Counted from the first letter of the stretch, positions 14,186-27,267 are shown. The stretch: 64,000 nt of DNA from Octopus sinensis (GCF_006345805.1 NC_043015.1:47740001-47804000), one strand, 5' to 3'. A program made the numbers and translations. Notes: generated by a model not told the origin, from the sequence alone.

Positions 14186-14602
14186 GGGTCTTTTCGGTTT
14201 GAACGGCAGTTTTTAACATAATTTCTAGGTAACTAAACATTTTTTAACTTAGTATACTGGTAGAATGTGTTTATAAAACATCTTTATCTCTTGGCTTTAT
14301 TGAGAAAATTCTATAGTTTGTAAGATATTTGTTTTTTTTCTGCAATTTCAACCTATCAATGACGTCTATTGAGGTAAAAAACATTCTGTGCCGTATGAAT
14401 ATGTCACTCGTTTAAGAAACAGATTGGGTTTATTTACATTTGTGAAGAAAAAAAGATACCCTTTCCCCCATCCCTAACCCTAACTCTAACCCTAACCCTG
14501 AAACAGGTTGAAATGCAATAGATCGATACTAGGGTCATAATTATGGGTGACAATTTCATATGACACTGCTAGAAAAAACTGCCGTTCAAACCGAAAAGAT
14601 CC
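14186..14602. mobile_element. MITE with GGATCTTTTCGGTTTGAACGGCAGTTTT TIRs, copy 1
   Basis: ~28-bp TIRs, internal (TAACCC)n, degenerate 8-bp TSD GGAGCAGG/GGAAGAGG. Confidence 0.9.
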
Positions 14603-15298
14603 GGAAGAGGCAGCTCATTTCCATTTTTTCATTTCATATTATCATTTTATAATTTAATAATTTTATTTGTAATTTTATTTTAAGTTTTGTGTTATATCTC
14701 CCCACATGTTTTTGTGTTGTCCCATCCATATTGGCCCCTTGTGGGCAATAAAAAAAAAACATTGCATCCTTCGTGCTTAGCGCTGAAGAATTGGTCTAGG
14801 GCCAATTTCGACGCCAGCATGACGTTTTGCGATGCCTTTCCTAAGCGCCTCTTCTAAGTTTCTAAGCTTCCCTGTATTCCATTCCTGCTGCTGTTGCTGC
14901 TGCTGCTGTTTCTATTGTTGCTGTTGTTATTGTTGTTGTTGTTGTTACTACTGCTGCTGCTACTGCTGTTGTTGTTGTTGCTGTTGCTATCTGTGTTTTG
15001 TTTGGCGACCACATGGTGGGAACACAATGTCATAGCAGCTGTTCCAAGAAGTCCTCGCTTCTTTCGATTTGGGAAGTTTTGTTGATATTTTTTTTTTTGT
15101 TTTAAAATATTAAATTTGTAATTTTAAAGAGTGAATTCTTACCAGACCAGCTCGCTTCTTCTTGCACCAAGCTGGGTCATTTAGTTAACAGTTCAAAAAG
15201 ATTAGGTATACCAACTAATTAAACAACAAATTTTGAAGAAAGCTTACTAGCTACAAACTAGTGTCCTCTTGTTCCAGATACGAACATTAATAATAATG

Positions 15299-15345
<47 letters not shown>

Positions 15346-15349
<4 letters not shown>

Positions 15350-16479
15350 GCCCTGATGCAGTACCAGGCAGTGGCTCTCATGGCTTCTGATCTTAACTGA
15401 TTGGAAGTGTTATCATGTACATTGTTTTGTCTTGGTATAAAAGATGGGCTACAGCAAATATTCTGCTCAATACCACAGATTTGCTTGTCAGTTGTTTGGC
15501 CTTAACCAGTTGAGCATGTCCCTTAGTGGCTGACGATATGTGCATCTCTGATCACGAGCAGAAGTAGTGGGGGAGCATCATGGCCATGTGTTGAGAGGGA
15601 TTCTTTGGGGTTTGAATAATTCACCTCTGGAACATAGGTGTTTCGTTCAACATCCTAAAGCAACCCTATTCAGGGACCTTTTGAGCAGGATGGCTACTCA
15701 ACCTGAAGAAAATTCTAACTGGGCCCCACCTGCAAGGTCATGTGCTGTTTATCTTGATATGAGATCACCATGTCGCGCACATATGGTTGTGATGCATGTG
15801 CCTGGTGTACCTTTATCAGACGGGTAGTCATGATGGGTATATTGGGCTTCGTATATTTTACCCCAGTGTCACTTTGATGACGTGCACTGCTCTCTCACTC
15901 AATAATAATAATAATAATTATTATGATAATAAATACCCTGATGCAGTACCAGGCAGTGGCTCTCATGGCTTCTTATCTTAACTGATTGGAAGTGTTATCA
16001 TGTACATTGTTATGTCTTGGTATAAAAGATGGGCTACAGCAAATATTCTGCTCAAAACCACAGATTTGCTTGTCAGTTGTTTGACCTTAACCAGTTGAGC
16101 ATGTCCCTTAGTGGCTGACGATATGTGCATCTCTGATCACGAGCAGAAGTAGTGGAGGAGCATCATAGCCATGTGTTGAGAGGGATTCTTTGGGGTTTGG
16201 ATAATTCACCTTTGGAAACACGGGTGTTTCGTTCAACATCCTTAAACAACTCTTATTCAGGGACCTTTTGAGCGAGATGGGTTACTCGACCAGAAGAAAA
16301 TTCTAACCTGCAAGGTCATGCGCTGTTTATCTTGATATGAGATCACCATGTCGCGCATATATGGTTGTGATGCATGTTCCCAGTGTACCCTTATCAGACG
16401 GGTAGTCATGATGGGTATACTGGGCTTCGTATATTTTACCCCAGTGTCACTTTGATGACGTGCACTGCTCTCTCACTCA
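15346..16479. repeat. Two tandem copies of a ~555-bp non-coding repeat bounded by (AAT)n
   Basis: Units 15346-15900 and 15931-16479 (CCCTGATGCAGTACCAGG...GCACTGCTCTCTCACTC). A partial third copy lies at 45028-45302. Confidence 0.9.
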
Positions 16480-16492
16480 ATAATAATAATTA

Positions 16493-16844
16493 ACACTTTG
16501 CAACAAGTATGGACTTGACAGAGCAAAAAATTAGAACGACCACAAACCTAAAGGCATTGTCGAAAATAGAAATGCAAAGGTCCTATGGGATTTTATGATT
16601 CAGTGCGACCATAAATTGAGAATAGGAAGCCGGACATAGTCTTAAATGAGAAAGAAAACAAACTATGCTGGTTCATAGATATAGCATGCCCAGATGACAA
16701 CAAGGTATGCGATCAGGAAGAAAGAAAAGTCGAGAGATATGACAGGTTAGCTTAGGAAGTTAAGCAGTTGTGGTCGATGAAAAAGGTAGCAGTAGTACCA
16801 ATAATTATCGGAGCCCAGGGAACAGTGAGCAAAAATCTAGAGAA
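16493..16844 (+). pseudogene. R4/Dong-like LINE RLE-domain fragment
   Basis: TLCNKYGL...NAKVLWDFMIQCDH..NRKPDIVL...IDIACP...KVERY..LA*EVKQLW..KKV.VVPIIIGA, with an internal stop and frameshifts. Confidence 0.8.
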
Positions 16845-17154
16845 AAGAGGGACGAAATGCTGCTAAGCATTTTGCCCGGCGTGCTAACGATTCTGTCAGC
16901 TCGCCGCCTTCAATAATAATAATAATCCTTCTATTATAGGCACAAAGCCTGAAATTTGGTGGGGGGAGTGGAGAGTCGATTACATCGACCCCAGTGTTTC
17001 ACTGGTATTTAATTTATCCACCACGAAAATATGTAAGGTAAAGTCGACCCCGGTGGAATTTGAACTCAGAACGTAGCGACGGGTGAAATACTGCTAAGCA
17101 GTTCATCTAGCAGGCTAATGATTTTGCCAGCTCGCCACCTTAATAATAATAATA

Positions 17155-17491
17155 AGAGCACTCTGATAGGGCAAACCTCCCAACGATTAGCCGGAGATGA
17201 TTTTTAAAATGAGAATATCTGCTCTCACAAACGAGAATATTAAAAATGAACCCAACCGCTCTCAAAAATTAAGAAAAAAAAAATTTTTTTTAACCAGGAA
17301 AAATATTCCAGAGTCCTTGTTCGGTACCGAATCGATCCCAAAGTTTAATTAGTTTGTGCCAGTTATGAGGCCAAACAACCCTGAAAGTTTCATCCGAATC
17401 CATCCAGCGGTTCTTGAGATATCTTGTCCAAGGACAACAAACAAACAAACACGACTGAAAACAATACCCCCGCCTTAGCGAAGGCGGGGTA
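17155..17491 (+). mobile_element. Helentron/DINE-like non-autonomous element
   Basis: (CAAA)n followed by the terminal hairpin CCCCGCCTT-AGCG-AAGGCGGGG (17468-17489). The architecture is typical of HINE/DINE-1-type elements. Confidence 0.5.
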
Positions 17492-17750
17492 ATAATGTCT
17501 TTATTTGCCAGAGGGGCGTAGAATGAAACAAAACACTTCAAAGTTGCAAACGCACAACGGACACACGTGAGTTGACTAACGTGAGTTGAACTGTGACTGA
17601 AATGTTTCAAGCTGCCTAATTTACTAACCCTTGGGGCAAGTGATGGTGGTGGGGGTCGGTCTTCGAAAAGAATTCGAGTGGAGTATGTCACTTGAAAGTG
17701 ATGTTCATTGTCGATGCAATCCTGTGCTAATGTCAGAACCCGAACCGATT

Positions 17751-17997
17751 GCCTATTTCTTTACTACCCACAAGGGGCTAAACAAACAAGGAAAGACAAG
17801 GAGGACAAACAAGGAAAGACAAACGGATTAAGTCGATTATATCGACCCCAGTGCGTAACTGGTGCTTAATTTATCGACCCTGAAAGGATGAAAAGCAAAG
17901 TTGACCTCGGCGGAATTTGAACTCAGAACGTAACGGCAGACGAAATACGGCTACGCATTTCGCCCGGCGTGCTAACGTGTCTGCCAGCTCGCCGCCT
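17751..17997 (-). mobile_element. tRNA-SINE family B
   Basis: Minus strand GGCGGCGAGCTGGCAG...GAGTTCAAATTCCGCCGAGGTC...TTTCATCCTTTC.GGGTCGATAAA...CCCCTTGTGGGTAGTAAAGAAATA. Many further copies (11295, 16922, 20505, 22840, 26272, 33227-33845, 44248). Confidence 0.9.
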
Positions 17998-19359
17998 ATC
18001 GGCTTGCTGCTTGGTACCGTGGAGGCCTTGCTTAAATATTGCTGGTTTTATGCCAAAATTTGAAACAGTTATTTGGGATGGAAACTATTTTTTTGAAGGT
18101 GTAATAAATTAGTTCCTGCTATAAAGGAACTAGTTGCTCAGCAATGGAAACAGGTTTTAGAAACTAAGGGTTCGTTAAGGTCTTTGAGAGGGTACGGTTG
18201 TCATCGCATCACATAGTTCCCCTTGCCAACCCGCTTCCATTTCCATCCCTGTAGCTACTCAAGGAAGAATGTTCTGAAACCTACAGACTAAAAAAAATAA
18301 ATATTAAAAATGCTGTTTTCTGCTTTATTAATCTCCCCCTTAGGATCCATACTAAATCTCTAATTCCCATCAAACTATCCCAGTGAATACTTACTGGCCT
18401 CACCTCACAATCCTATTCATGAGGGTCATATCACTTTAAGGCCGTAACAACTTCCGAGGAACAAAATAACACACTGAAGTATGGCAATACGCCACGAAGA
18501 TGGTTATTGCAAACAATTTCAACAACAACAGTTGCTGTTGTCTGTGAGTTTCAATCTAAAGGTATTTCGTTCTTGATTCACCAATCAGACTTAGCAATCA
18601 ACAAGACACCGTTTCATCGTGGAATCCTTTCTTCTTCGGAACATTTCTTTCACCTAATTTTTTCAAAGCATTTCCAAATACTTTTTTAAATTTCTTCATT
18701 TCTGCAGTTAGCAACAATTTCCTTCGTTATTGTAACAGTTCTTCTGACTGTCAAAACTTCCACAATCTTCACTTGTTTTTTGTTTTTTTTTTACAATATT
18801 ATAGCCAACACATCCTATTCCAATTTAAAAGTCAAATTCACAAACATACAATGCTATTGGTTTACATTTTTCAGTCATGTAGTTAAGAAGTGTCTTCTGC
18901 TATAGCTTCAAGTCGACCAAAGCCTTGTGAGTTGAATTGTTTGTTTCTTCTCGAGCCACGCCTGGCTCATGAGGGTTAAGGGTGAGCGGGGACGAGAGGG
19001 TGTTTTTACCTGCACGTGACTATACAGGCACCTAAAGAAATTAACGAAAGCATGGTATGTGCTACGAATCTACACTTGCTCACGAATGGCGACTGAGTTT
19101 ACGTGTTGAGGTGTGTGTAGGTTACGAGTAGAGAAAGGGTCTAAGGGCGACTCTGGAGGTTGATGACAATCTGAGCAGTCTCTTGATGAAACTTTCAAGT
19201 TAGGGACTATTCACAACTTCCAAATGGTCCTTCGCATGGCAGTGCTACAATGGATAGGAGGAAGAGGCATTACCTGTTCTAGAAAACTCTATGGACACGA
19301 TAGTGTCAACAGTCGAACTTGACCGAGATGCGCGCAAGGATCGAAACCGTTTGGCATGC

Positions 19360-19487
19360 TATCATATAATGGGCCATTCGTTGAAGGTAAAAATGTCACT
19401 ATCCTCTGGGATTTTCCAGTCAACACCGACAGAACAATCCAGGCTAATCGACAAGACATAGCCATTAAAGACAGGGAAGAAAGTACC
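19360..19487 (+). pseudogene. RLE-domain LINE fragment
   Basis: VEGKNVTILWDFPVNTDRTIQANRQDIAIKD running into (TAT)n. Confidence 0.7.
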
Positions 19488-19535
<48 letters not shown>

Positions 19536-19624
19536 GAATATTATTATTACCACCATCATCATCATCATCATTATCATTATTATTATTATTATTGTTGTTG
19601 TTATTATTATTATTATTATTATTA

Positions 19625-20065
19625 TTTTCCTTCTTTCTCCAAGTTTTCTTCCAGTTCTCGCCAAGTGTTTTCCGTACACCTAGGGCAGAGAAGCTCATTG
19701 TGTGCATTCCCAGATTACACACGCAAATTCACAGGTAAAATATGTATTTAAAAAAATTAATAAATAAATTCATGAATAAATGTTGTTTTCACTGCGATAA
19801 TGCTCTTCTCACTACATGAGTCGTTCCAGTTAACACGATTTTTTGCACTTCCTGTAGGGATGGTAAGCCTGGTATCATTTTCAAGTAGGTTTCAGTCGCC
19901 TTGAGATGCCACATTTTTTCAATTTCTATTAGCAAGTCTTTATATTTACTGATCTTGTCAAATTCTTTCGCCGCTATATTGTGATTGCAAGGAATACTCA
20001 TGTCAGTTAATAAACACACTATTTTTGTCTGATCTTTTATAATAATATCCGGTTTTATTATTATT
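19625..20065 (-). pseudogene. 3' end of an R4/Dong-like LINE (second family)
   Basis: KPDIIIKD...LTDMSIP...KEFDKISKYKDLLIEIEKMWHLK...QKIVLTGTTHVVRRALS*, then a 3'UTR ending in (AAT)n. Confidence 0.8.
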
Positions 20066-20357
20066 GTGGACCAATTCTGAGGATACACCTGTGAAAATTA
20101 AAAGAAAATATAATAGGAGAAAGGGACTCTCTACCCCACTTTTGACCAGGCTCCCGTGGCTTTTATGGGTTTTTCCACGAGTAACCTTTCGAAGCGCCTC
20201 CCCCTATTGGGAATTTCATTTGTTATATTTTCGTTGTTATCTCTGGAATTTTTACACGGCTTTTTACAAACGGACAAAACCCTTTGTAGCTTTCGTCCTG
20301 TGTTTTGTCCCTTTAGGTTTTAATTAATTTTTGTCAGCCCTTGTGGCCAATAAACGA

Positions 20358-20395
<38 letters not shown>

Positions 20396-20414
20396 CATTA
20401 TTATTATTATTATT

Positions 20415-20466
<52 letters not shown>

Positions 20467-20468
20467 AT

Positions 20469-20500
<32 letters not shown>

Positions 20501-20826
20501 TATTAAGTTGATAAGCTGTAGAATAGTTAGTGCGTCGGACAAAATGCTTAACGCCATTTCTTCCAACTCATTACGTTCTAAGTTCGAATTCCGCCAAGAT
20601 TGACTTCGCTTTTCATCCTTTGGGGTTCAATAAAATAAATACCCGTTGGGCACTGGCGTCGATGTAATCGACTCGCTCCTTCCACCAAAATTCCAGGCCT
20701 TGTGCCTTTAGTAGAAAGGATTATTACTGCTGTTATTTGAGCGGGGGGGAATAGTTACAATGCTGAGAAAGGATTCGAACCAGGAGTACATGATTAAAAA
20801 TTACAGACCCATAACTTTACTCCAAA

Positions 20827-21165
20827 TTTGCCATCAAGATGTAGGACAAGATACTGTGATAGCCTGGGCTTCAGAGGTCCACAGCTCTTCAATATCCTCC
20901 CAAAGGACCTGAGAGACCTGCATGGGGTGGATGCAGATGTCTTTAAAATAAAACTGGATCTCTTCCTGTCAGGTGTCCCAGATGAACAAACTTCACGGCA
21001 GGAGGTGCAGATGAGGTCAGCTGCATCGAACTATCTCATGCACCAAATGGCAATTGCTAAAAAGCATTCGTGAAGTAAAATCATGTAGCAACACTGAATG
21101 GCGGTGCCCCGGCATGGCCACAGCTCGTGAGCTGAAACTAGATAAAAATATAAAAATATAAAATA
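20827..21165 (+). mobile_element. 3' end of a CR1/L2-group LINE
   Basis: RTRYCDSLGFRGPQLFNILPKDLRDL.GV..DVFK.KLDLFL..VPDE, then a 3'UTR with an A-rich tail. Confidence 0.75.
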
Positions 21166-21308
21166 TATATATTTGAAGATTTTAGGAAAGGTGCTTGCCA
21201 AGAGGTTGACGCTTATTATCAGCAGTGTTGTGGAAGACGCGCAAATCCGTGCGATTCCCAGCAGGTCAATCCATCACAATCCCCGCCTAATGTAAGACAT
21301 CATAGAAC

Positions 21309-21549
21309 TTTCTCGAGTCATGCTGACTCATAAGGGCCGGTGTCCCGCTTTCCATGGCATACAAATTTCCCACCTGAACAGGACGTCGGTCCGTCGCAGG
21401 ATTATTTATTTTTGTTAGCTGAATGAACTGAAACAAAGAGGAATGAAGTGATTTGCTCAAGAAATTAACGCGTCGCCCGGTCCAGGAATCGAAACCCAAT
21501 CTTATGATCATGAGTTCAACACCGAAAGCACTAAGCCACGCGCCTCCAC
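21309..21549 (-). mobile_element. tRNA-SINE (family D-related) with 12-bp TSD
   Basis: TSD ACATCATAGAAC at 21297-21308 and 21550-21561. tRNA-like head on the minus strand. Confidence 0.85.
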
Positions 21550-22422
21550 ACATCATAGAACGGTTGGGAATAGATGTGACTTTGTCGGAGCACTGGTCTG
21601 GATCATTCCAAGATATTTGACAGGACAGACCACATCTCCAAGACAAGCTCTTCAGGTATGAGTGCGCCAACAGCCGAACCGAGATGTAAGCAGGGGTACG
21701 AAAGTGTTCTGCATGCAATCGTTAAGTGCCCGTGAGTTAGCGATGTGTGGACTTGTGTCAAACAGCTGTTGCCTCCCGTGAGACGAATCCGGCTGTCTTT
21801 CGAGTGTATAGCAAAAACCGATGCGCTGCCTTCCTTTGGCAAGAGAAGGGAGGTAGATCTTTCTCTGCTTAGAGGCTGTGGCGAAAGCGGTTGTGTGGTG
21901 GACCCGTCTGAAAGGTTTGAGAACAGGCACTTTCCTGTCTGGCCAAGCTATCGTCAGTTTCTTCAAGTATCATTTGAGAAAGAAGGTGAGGGTATAGGGG
22001 AAGGTGTTGCCTTCTAGTGTCTTTATCGAAAGCTGAATGAGAGTGACAAGACCAGTGAGTCTAAATGGGCCTACCCTGGGTATGTTTTCTTTTTTTCTTA
22101 GTAGGAGAAAAGAAACTGGAAAAAGACAGGTTTGATGCCCTGGAGATGACAGAATGATCCAGGCCTTTTTGCGTGGAGCTTTCCCAGAATACTCTACTTG
22201 GACTACCCCGCTGTTGAGAATTCTATTTTCATTTCTGAATTCTATGTTTATTTTTGAATTCTATTTTTACATATATTTTGTTATCTCCTTGTTGTCGGTT
22301 CGCTTTTGATTGACGTAATCCCCACCCTATTTTGTCCATTCATATTGTCCTCAATGTCTTAAAACCGGGGAGGGGGGCAATAAAAGAAATCAGCAGCAGC
22401 AGCAGTAGCAGCAGCAGCAAGA

Positions 22423-22785
22423 AGGCTCAATGGCCTAGTGGGTAGGGCAGCGGACTCGCGGTCGGAAGATCGCGGTTTCGATTCCCGGACTGGGCGTTGT
22501 GTGTTTATTGAGCGAAAACACCTAAAGCTCCATGAGGCTCCGGCAGGGGGTGGTGGCGACCCCTGTTGTACTCTTTCTCCCCAACTTTCTCTCATTCTTT
22601 CTTCCTGTTTCTTGTCCCCGACTTCCTACGCAACCGCTGAGCCTGGATGCGCATTCGTCCATCCGCCGATGCTCTCGGTGTCGGGGGTTGACCTGCTTTC
22701 TCTTCTACGGGTCTTACGAATAGCAAAGGACCACGTTTCGGACTTCTCCCATCTTGCGAGCTCTGGGACGAAGACCGTTCGCTCA
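22423..22785 (+). mobile_element. tRNA-derived SINE (distinct family) within a (CAG)n tract
   Basis: Head TGGCCTAGTGG...GGTTTCGATTCC (A/B boxes) followed by non-tRNA body. Confidence 0.65.
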
Positions 22786-24004
22786 ACAGCAACAGCAGCA
22801 GCAGCAGCGACAGTAGCAGCAGCAGTAGTGGTAGCAGTGAGATGGCAAGCTGGCAGAAACGTTAGCACGTTGGGCAAAATGCTTAGCGGCATTTTGTCCG
22901 TTTTTTACGTTCTGAGTTCAAATTCCACCGAGGTCAACCTTGCCTTTCATCTTTTCGGGGTCGATAAAATATGTACCAGTTGAATACTGGGGCTTGATGT
23001 GATCGACTTATTCTCTTACCCGAAATTGCTGACCTTGTGCCAAATTTTGAAATCATCATCATCATTTTTAGGACAGTAGTTGGTGACAGTCACAGTAGAT
23101 TACTGGTATTTAATTACGTTCCTATACGTTCGTTCTCAGATCAAACTCTGTTGATTTTTGTCTTTTGAACTCATAAAAGAGTCTCGCCCCAATCATATAC
23201 TGATCGAACATATCAATTAAAATTCTTCCCTGCGTATTTGTTGGCGAGTGACGGTGCCATTATTACAGCCACAACCAGGAAGATAGATGTAACAACAACC
23301 AATAAGCAGTCAGCCAGTTCGTTAATCTAAAATCCTTTTAGAAACCTGTAGTTCGTTCCATGCACCCGAAAATGTCCTGTGAGTTAACGTTCTAAATTAT
23401 TAAGATTTTGGAATTCCGCACCTATTGACTGAGTGATGTTCAAAGTAAACGATTGAATTATTTGGAAAGGTCAAGTGCAATACAGTCTGATGTAATGGCA
23501 TCTTATCTCTGACAGGAGAGACAAAGTATTCTGTCAGTTCAAGTTACTAAGATACAACTAAGAAATGCCAGACAGCCGAAAGTTCTACACTTCGACCGAC
23601 ATTTTATTTCGTTTATTTTAAATCGTCTTGATGTAATAGAATTATTTTAACGATATTGTAATCGTTGTAATTATTATCGAAAATCATTTATAATTTTCTT
23701 CTCATTATCATTCAGTCAGACAAAATAATAATTTAACTTAAAATGGTTATAGAATTTATTGTGTTCGTGTTTGAAAAATAACATTTTCGTTGTGTGAATT
23801 CAAAAAGAGAAGAATAATCATCGTGTCCATTAACGTATTCATGGGTGACAAAGAACGACTGCATGTTATGTCAATGTTTAAAATCATTTTAAAATTTCTT
23901 AACGAGAATTCATTCTTCCAAACATTGTTCACGCTTTTATTTATTCAATTTCCAAAATCAATAAATCAATTAATTGTCTCAAGCCATTACCATAAACAAG
24001 TTTA

Positions 24005-24759
24005 ATGTCACGGTGTGCAGGTTCGTGAACAGGTGGGTCGATTTCACAGTGATCGGGTGGTTCACTCGCACAGGGACAGGCGTAGTCACCTCATGGTAAA
24101 CAGATGGCCCATTTTCACAGTGAGCAGGTAGTGGATCTTTTCGGTTTGAACGGCAGTTTTTTTTCTAGCGGTGTCATATGAAATTGTCACCCATAATTAT
24201 GACCCTAGTATCGATCTATTGCATTTCAATCTGCTTTAGGGTTAGGGTTGGGGTTATGGGTGGGGGGAAGGGTATCTTTTTTTCTTCACAAATGTAAATA
24301 AATCCAATCTGTTTCTTAAACGAGGGACATATTCATACGGCACAGAATGTTTTTTACCTCAATAGACGTTATTGATTGGTTGAAATTGCAGAAATTGAAG
24401 AAAAACAACAACAAATATCTTACAAACCATAGAATTTTCTCAATAAAGCCAAGAGAAAAAGATGTTTTATAAACACATTCTACCAGTATATGAAGTTTAA
24501 AATTTTTTAGTTACCTAGAAATTATGTTAAAAACTGCCGTTCAAACCGAAAAGATCCCAGGTAGTTAATTCTAGTGAACATGTGGTTCACTCTCACCATG
24601 AACAGTTGTTTCAGTCTCATAGCAAACAGTGAGTTAATTTTCACAACGAACAGATGGTTTGATCACATAGTTAACAAGTGATTTAATCTCTTAGTGAACA
24701 AGTGGTTCGATTTCCTAATGAACAATTGGTCCAATCTCATAGTAGGACAAGTGGTTCAT

Positions 24760-24760
<1 letters not shown>
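24005..24760. repeat. Degenerate 24-bp minisatellite split by a MITE
   Basis: Unit ~CTCACAGTGAACAGGTGGTTCAAT on both sides of the 24133-24557 insertion. Confidence 0.7.
24133..24557. mobile_element. GGATC-TIR MITE, copy 2
   Basis: Perfect 8-bp TSD CAGGTAGT. TIRs and internal TTAGGG units present. Confidence 0.95.
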
Positions 24761-24840
<80 letters not shown>

Positions 24841-24844
24841 GTCA

Positions 24845-25490
24845 AGACGGCGAGCTGGCAGAATCGTTAGCACGCCAGGCGATATGTTTAGCGGTATTTC
24901 GTCTGCCGCTACATTCTGAGTTCAAATTCCGCCGAGGTCGGCTTTGCCTTTCATCCTTTCGGGGTCGATAAATTAAGTACCAGTTACGCACTGGGGTCGA
25001 TATAATCGACTTAATCCGTTTGTCTGTCCTTGTTTATCCTCTCTGTGTTTAGCCCCTTGTGGGTAGTAAAGAAATAGGTATTTTGTCTGCTGCTACGTTC
25101 TGAGTTCAAATTCCGCCGTGGTCGACTTTACCTTTCATCCTTTCGGGGTCGATAAAGTAAATACCAGTCAAGTACTGGGGTCGATGTAATCGTCTTAATC
25201 CCTTCCCCAAAACTGCTGCACTTGTGGCAAAATTTGAAACCACTAATATTATTGTTGTTGTTGTTGTTGTTGTTAGGGTGGCGAGCTGGCAGAATCGTTA
25301 GCACGCTGGGCGAAATACTTAGCAGTATTTCGTCTGTTTAGCCCCATGTGGGTAGTCAAGAAATAGGTATTTCGTCTGTCTTTACGTTCTGAGTTCAAAT
25401 TCCGCCGAGGTCGACTTTGCTTTCATCCTTTCGGGGTCGATAAATAAGTACCAGTTGCGCACTGGGGTCGATCTATTCGACTGGCCCTGT
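24845..25490 (+). mobile_element. Family B SINE dimer plus a second, internally deleted dimer
   Basis: Head-core-tail joined at AAGAAATA|GGTATTT to a second core-tail (junctions near 25077 and 25366). Confidence 0.85.
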
Positions 25491-25507
25491 TATTAATATT
25501 ATTATTA

Positions 25508-25566
<59 letters not shown>

Positions 25567-25581
25567 GTTGTTGTTGTTGTT

Positions 25582-26275
25582 GTCTTTGCACAGCTTCTAA
25601 CGCTGGAGATATACTACGGTGTCAGCTGTTCACTACCAGTGAACTAAGTTAATATCCCTTATTTTTCGAGCACCATCCGAAGTATTCGAGTGGTTCCAAG
25701 CAGTGCTGTTTTGTGCAAGTGTTCCACCCTTATTGCAGCCCCTATTTGTTCCATATAGTTCTCGAGATTTTTGCTCACTGTTTCCAGGGCTCCGATAATT
25801 ATTGGCAGGTACTACTACGACTTTTTCATCGACCACAACTGCTTAACTTCCCAAGCTAACCTGTCACATCTCTCGACTTTTCTTTCTTCCTTATCGCATA
25901 CCTTGTTGTCAGCTGGGCATACTATATCTATGATCCAGCATCTTTTGCTTTCTTTCTCAATTAACACTATGTCTGGATTCCTATTCTCTATCTCATGGTC
26001 ACACTGAATCATAAAATCCCATAGGATTTTTGCATTATCATTTTCGATGATGCCTTCGGGTTTATGTTCGTACCACTTTTTTTGTTCTGTCAAGTCCATA
26101 CTTGTTGCAAAGTGTCCAATGGACAACCCTTGCTACATTTGTCATGACGTGTCTTATATTCTTTCTGACCTAGTGGCGTACATTGACTGGTAATATGCCA
26201 TACAGTGTCACCATTTTGTCCACAAATTCTGCACTTATGTCTTTCTGATGTGTTGTCTGTTCTGTATTTGTGGTA
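25582..26275 (-). pseudogene. R4/Dong-like LINE 3' end (CCHC knuckle + RLE + 3'UTR)
   Basis: KCRICGQNGDTVWHITSQC...YKTRHD...ILWDFMIQCDHEIENRNPDIVLI...IIDIVCP. Ends in (AAC)/(AAT)n. Confidence 0.85.
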
Positions 26276-26416
26276 CTTAATTTATCGACCCCGAAAGGAT
26301 GAAAGGCAAAGTCGACCTCAGCGGAATTTGAACTAAGAATGTAAAGACAGAACAAATACTGCTAAGAATTTCTCCCGGCATGCTAACGTTTCTGCCAGCT
26401 CGTCGCCTTATATATC

Positions 26417-26560
<144 letters not shown>

Positions 26561-26561
26561 T

Positions 26562-26644
<83 letters not shown>

Positions 26645-27267
26645 ATCTATTATTTAAAACTAAAGAAAATTTAAACAAATGTGTGAAATAAAAATATATT
26701 TAAAATATTTTTATGCTTCACAATCGCTACGAAATTACATAAAAAAGTTGGGGGAATTTTTTTTTTCTATTACGATCAAACTGCTCTTGCCTGAAGCAGA
26801 CCATGCATAGATGCCAACCGGTTGACAAATATCAGACAAGTCATTATCAGAAATAAGAGAATCACTGATACATCTCAATAATTATCATCGCGTCTGTTCA
26901 CTGGCCAATCATTAGTGTCAACACGGGGATGATGAGTAGATCTTTATCAATGACTTCAAAGAGGATATTTCATAAACGTTTGGGTTCGTTGTTACAGAAA
27001 TCCATCTACAGCTATAACTCTCAATATAACGATAGACATCTAAAGAAGAGTATCATCCGTATCAATTTTATACGTGATACACCATGAAACACCGAAACAG
27101 GTGCCATTAAATTAGCAATTATATAGATAAGATCTCGAGTACAGAGTCAGCTGTTCCCACAAGCTAGTGTGCAGAGAAATATCTGAGCAATAATAAGTAA
27201 AGAAGCATGAAACGGGTGCAAATTGTAGAGAGAAAAAAATTGTATAATTGTTGTAGATCGCTTCCGG

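Larger units (their letters stand above)
20737..22390 (+). mobile_element. Decayed, internally deleted Tx1/L1-like LINE carrying nested insertions
   Basis: GIVTMLRKD...KNYRPITLL (20745-20822) resumes as LKILGKVLAKRL...SRSIHHN (21173 onward), then the C-terminal region and a GGGGGCAATAAAAG tail. Confidence 0.75.

Noticed and set aside
22423-22495. tRNA gene-like sequences (also 51560 and the SINE heads)
   Set aside because: The cloverleaf stems are degenerate and each runs directly into a repeat body, so these are SINE heads and not tRNA genes.
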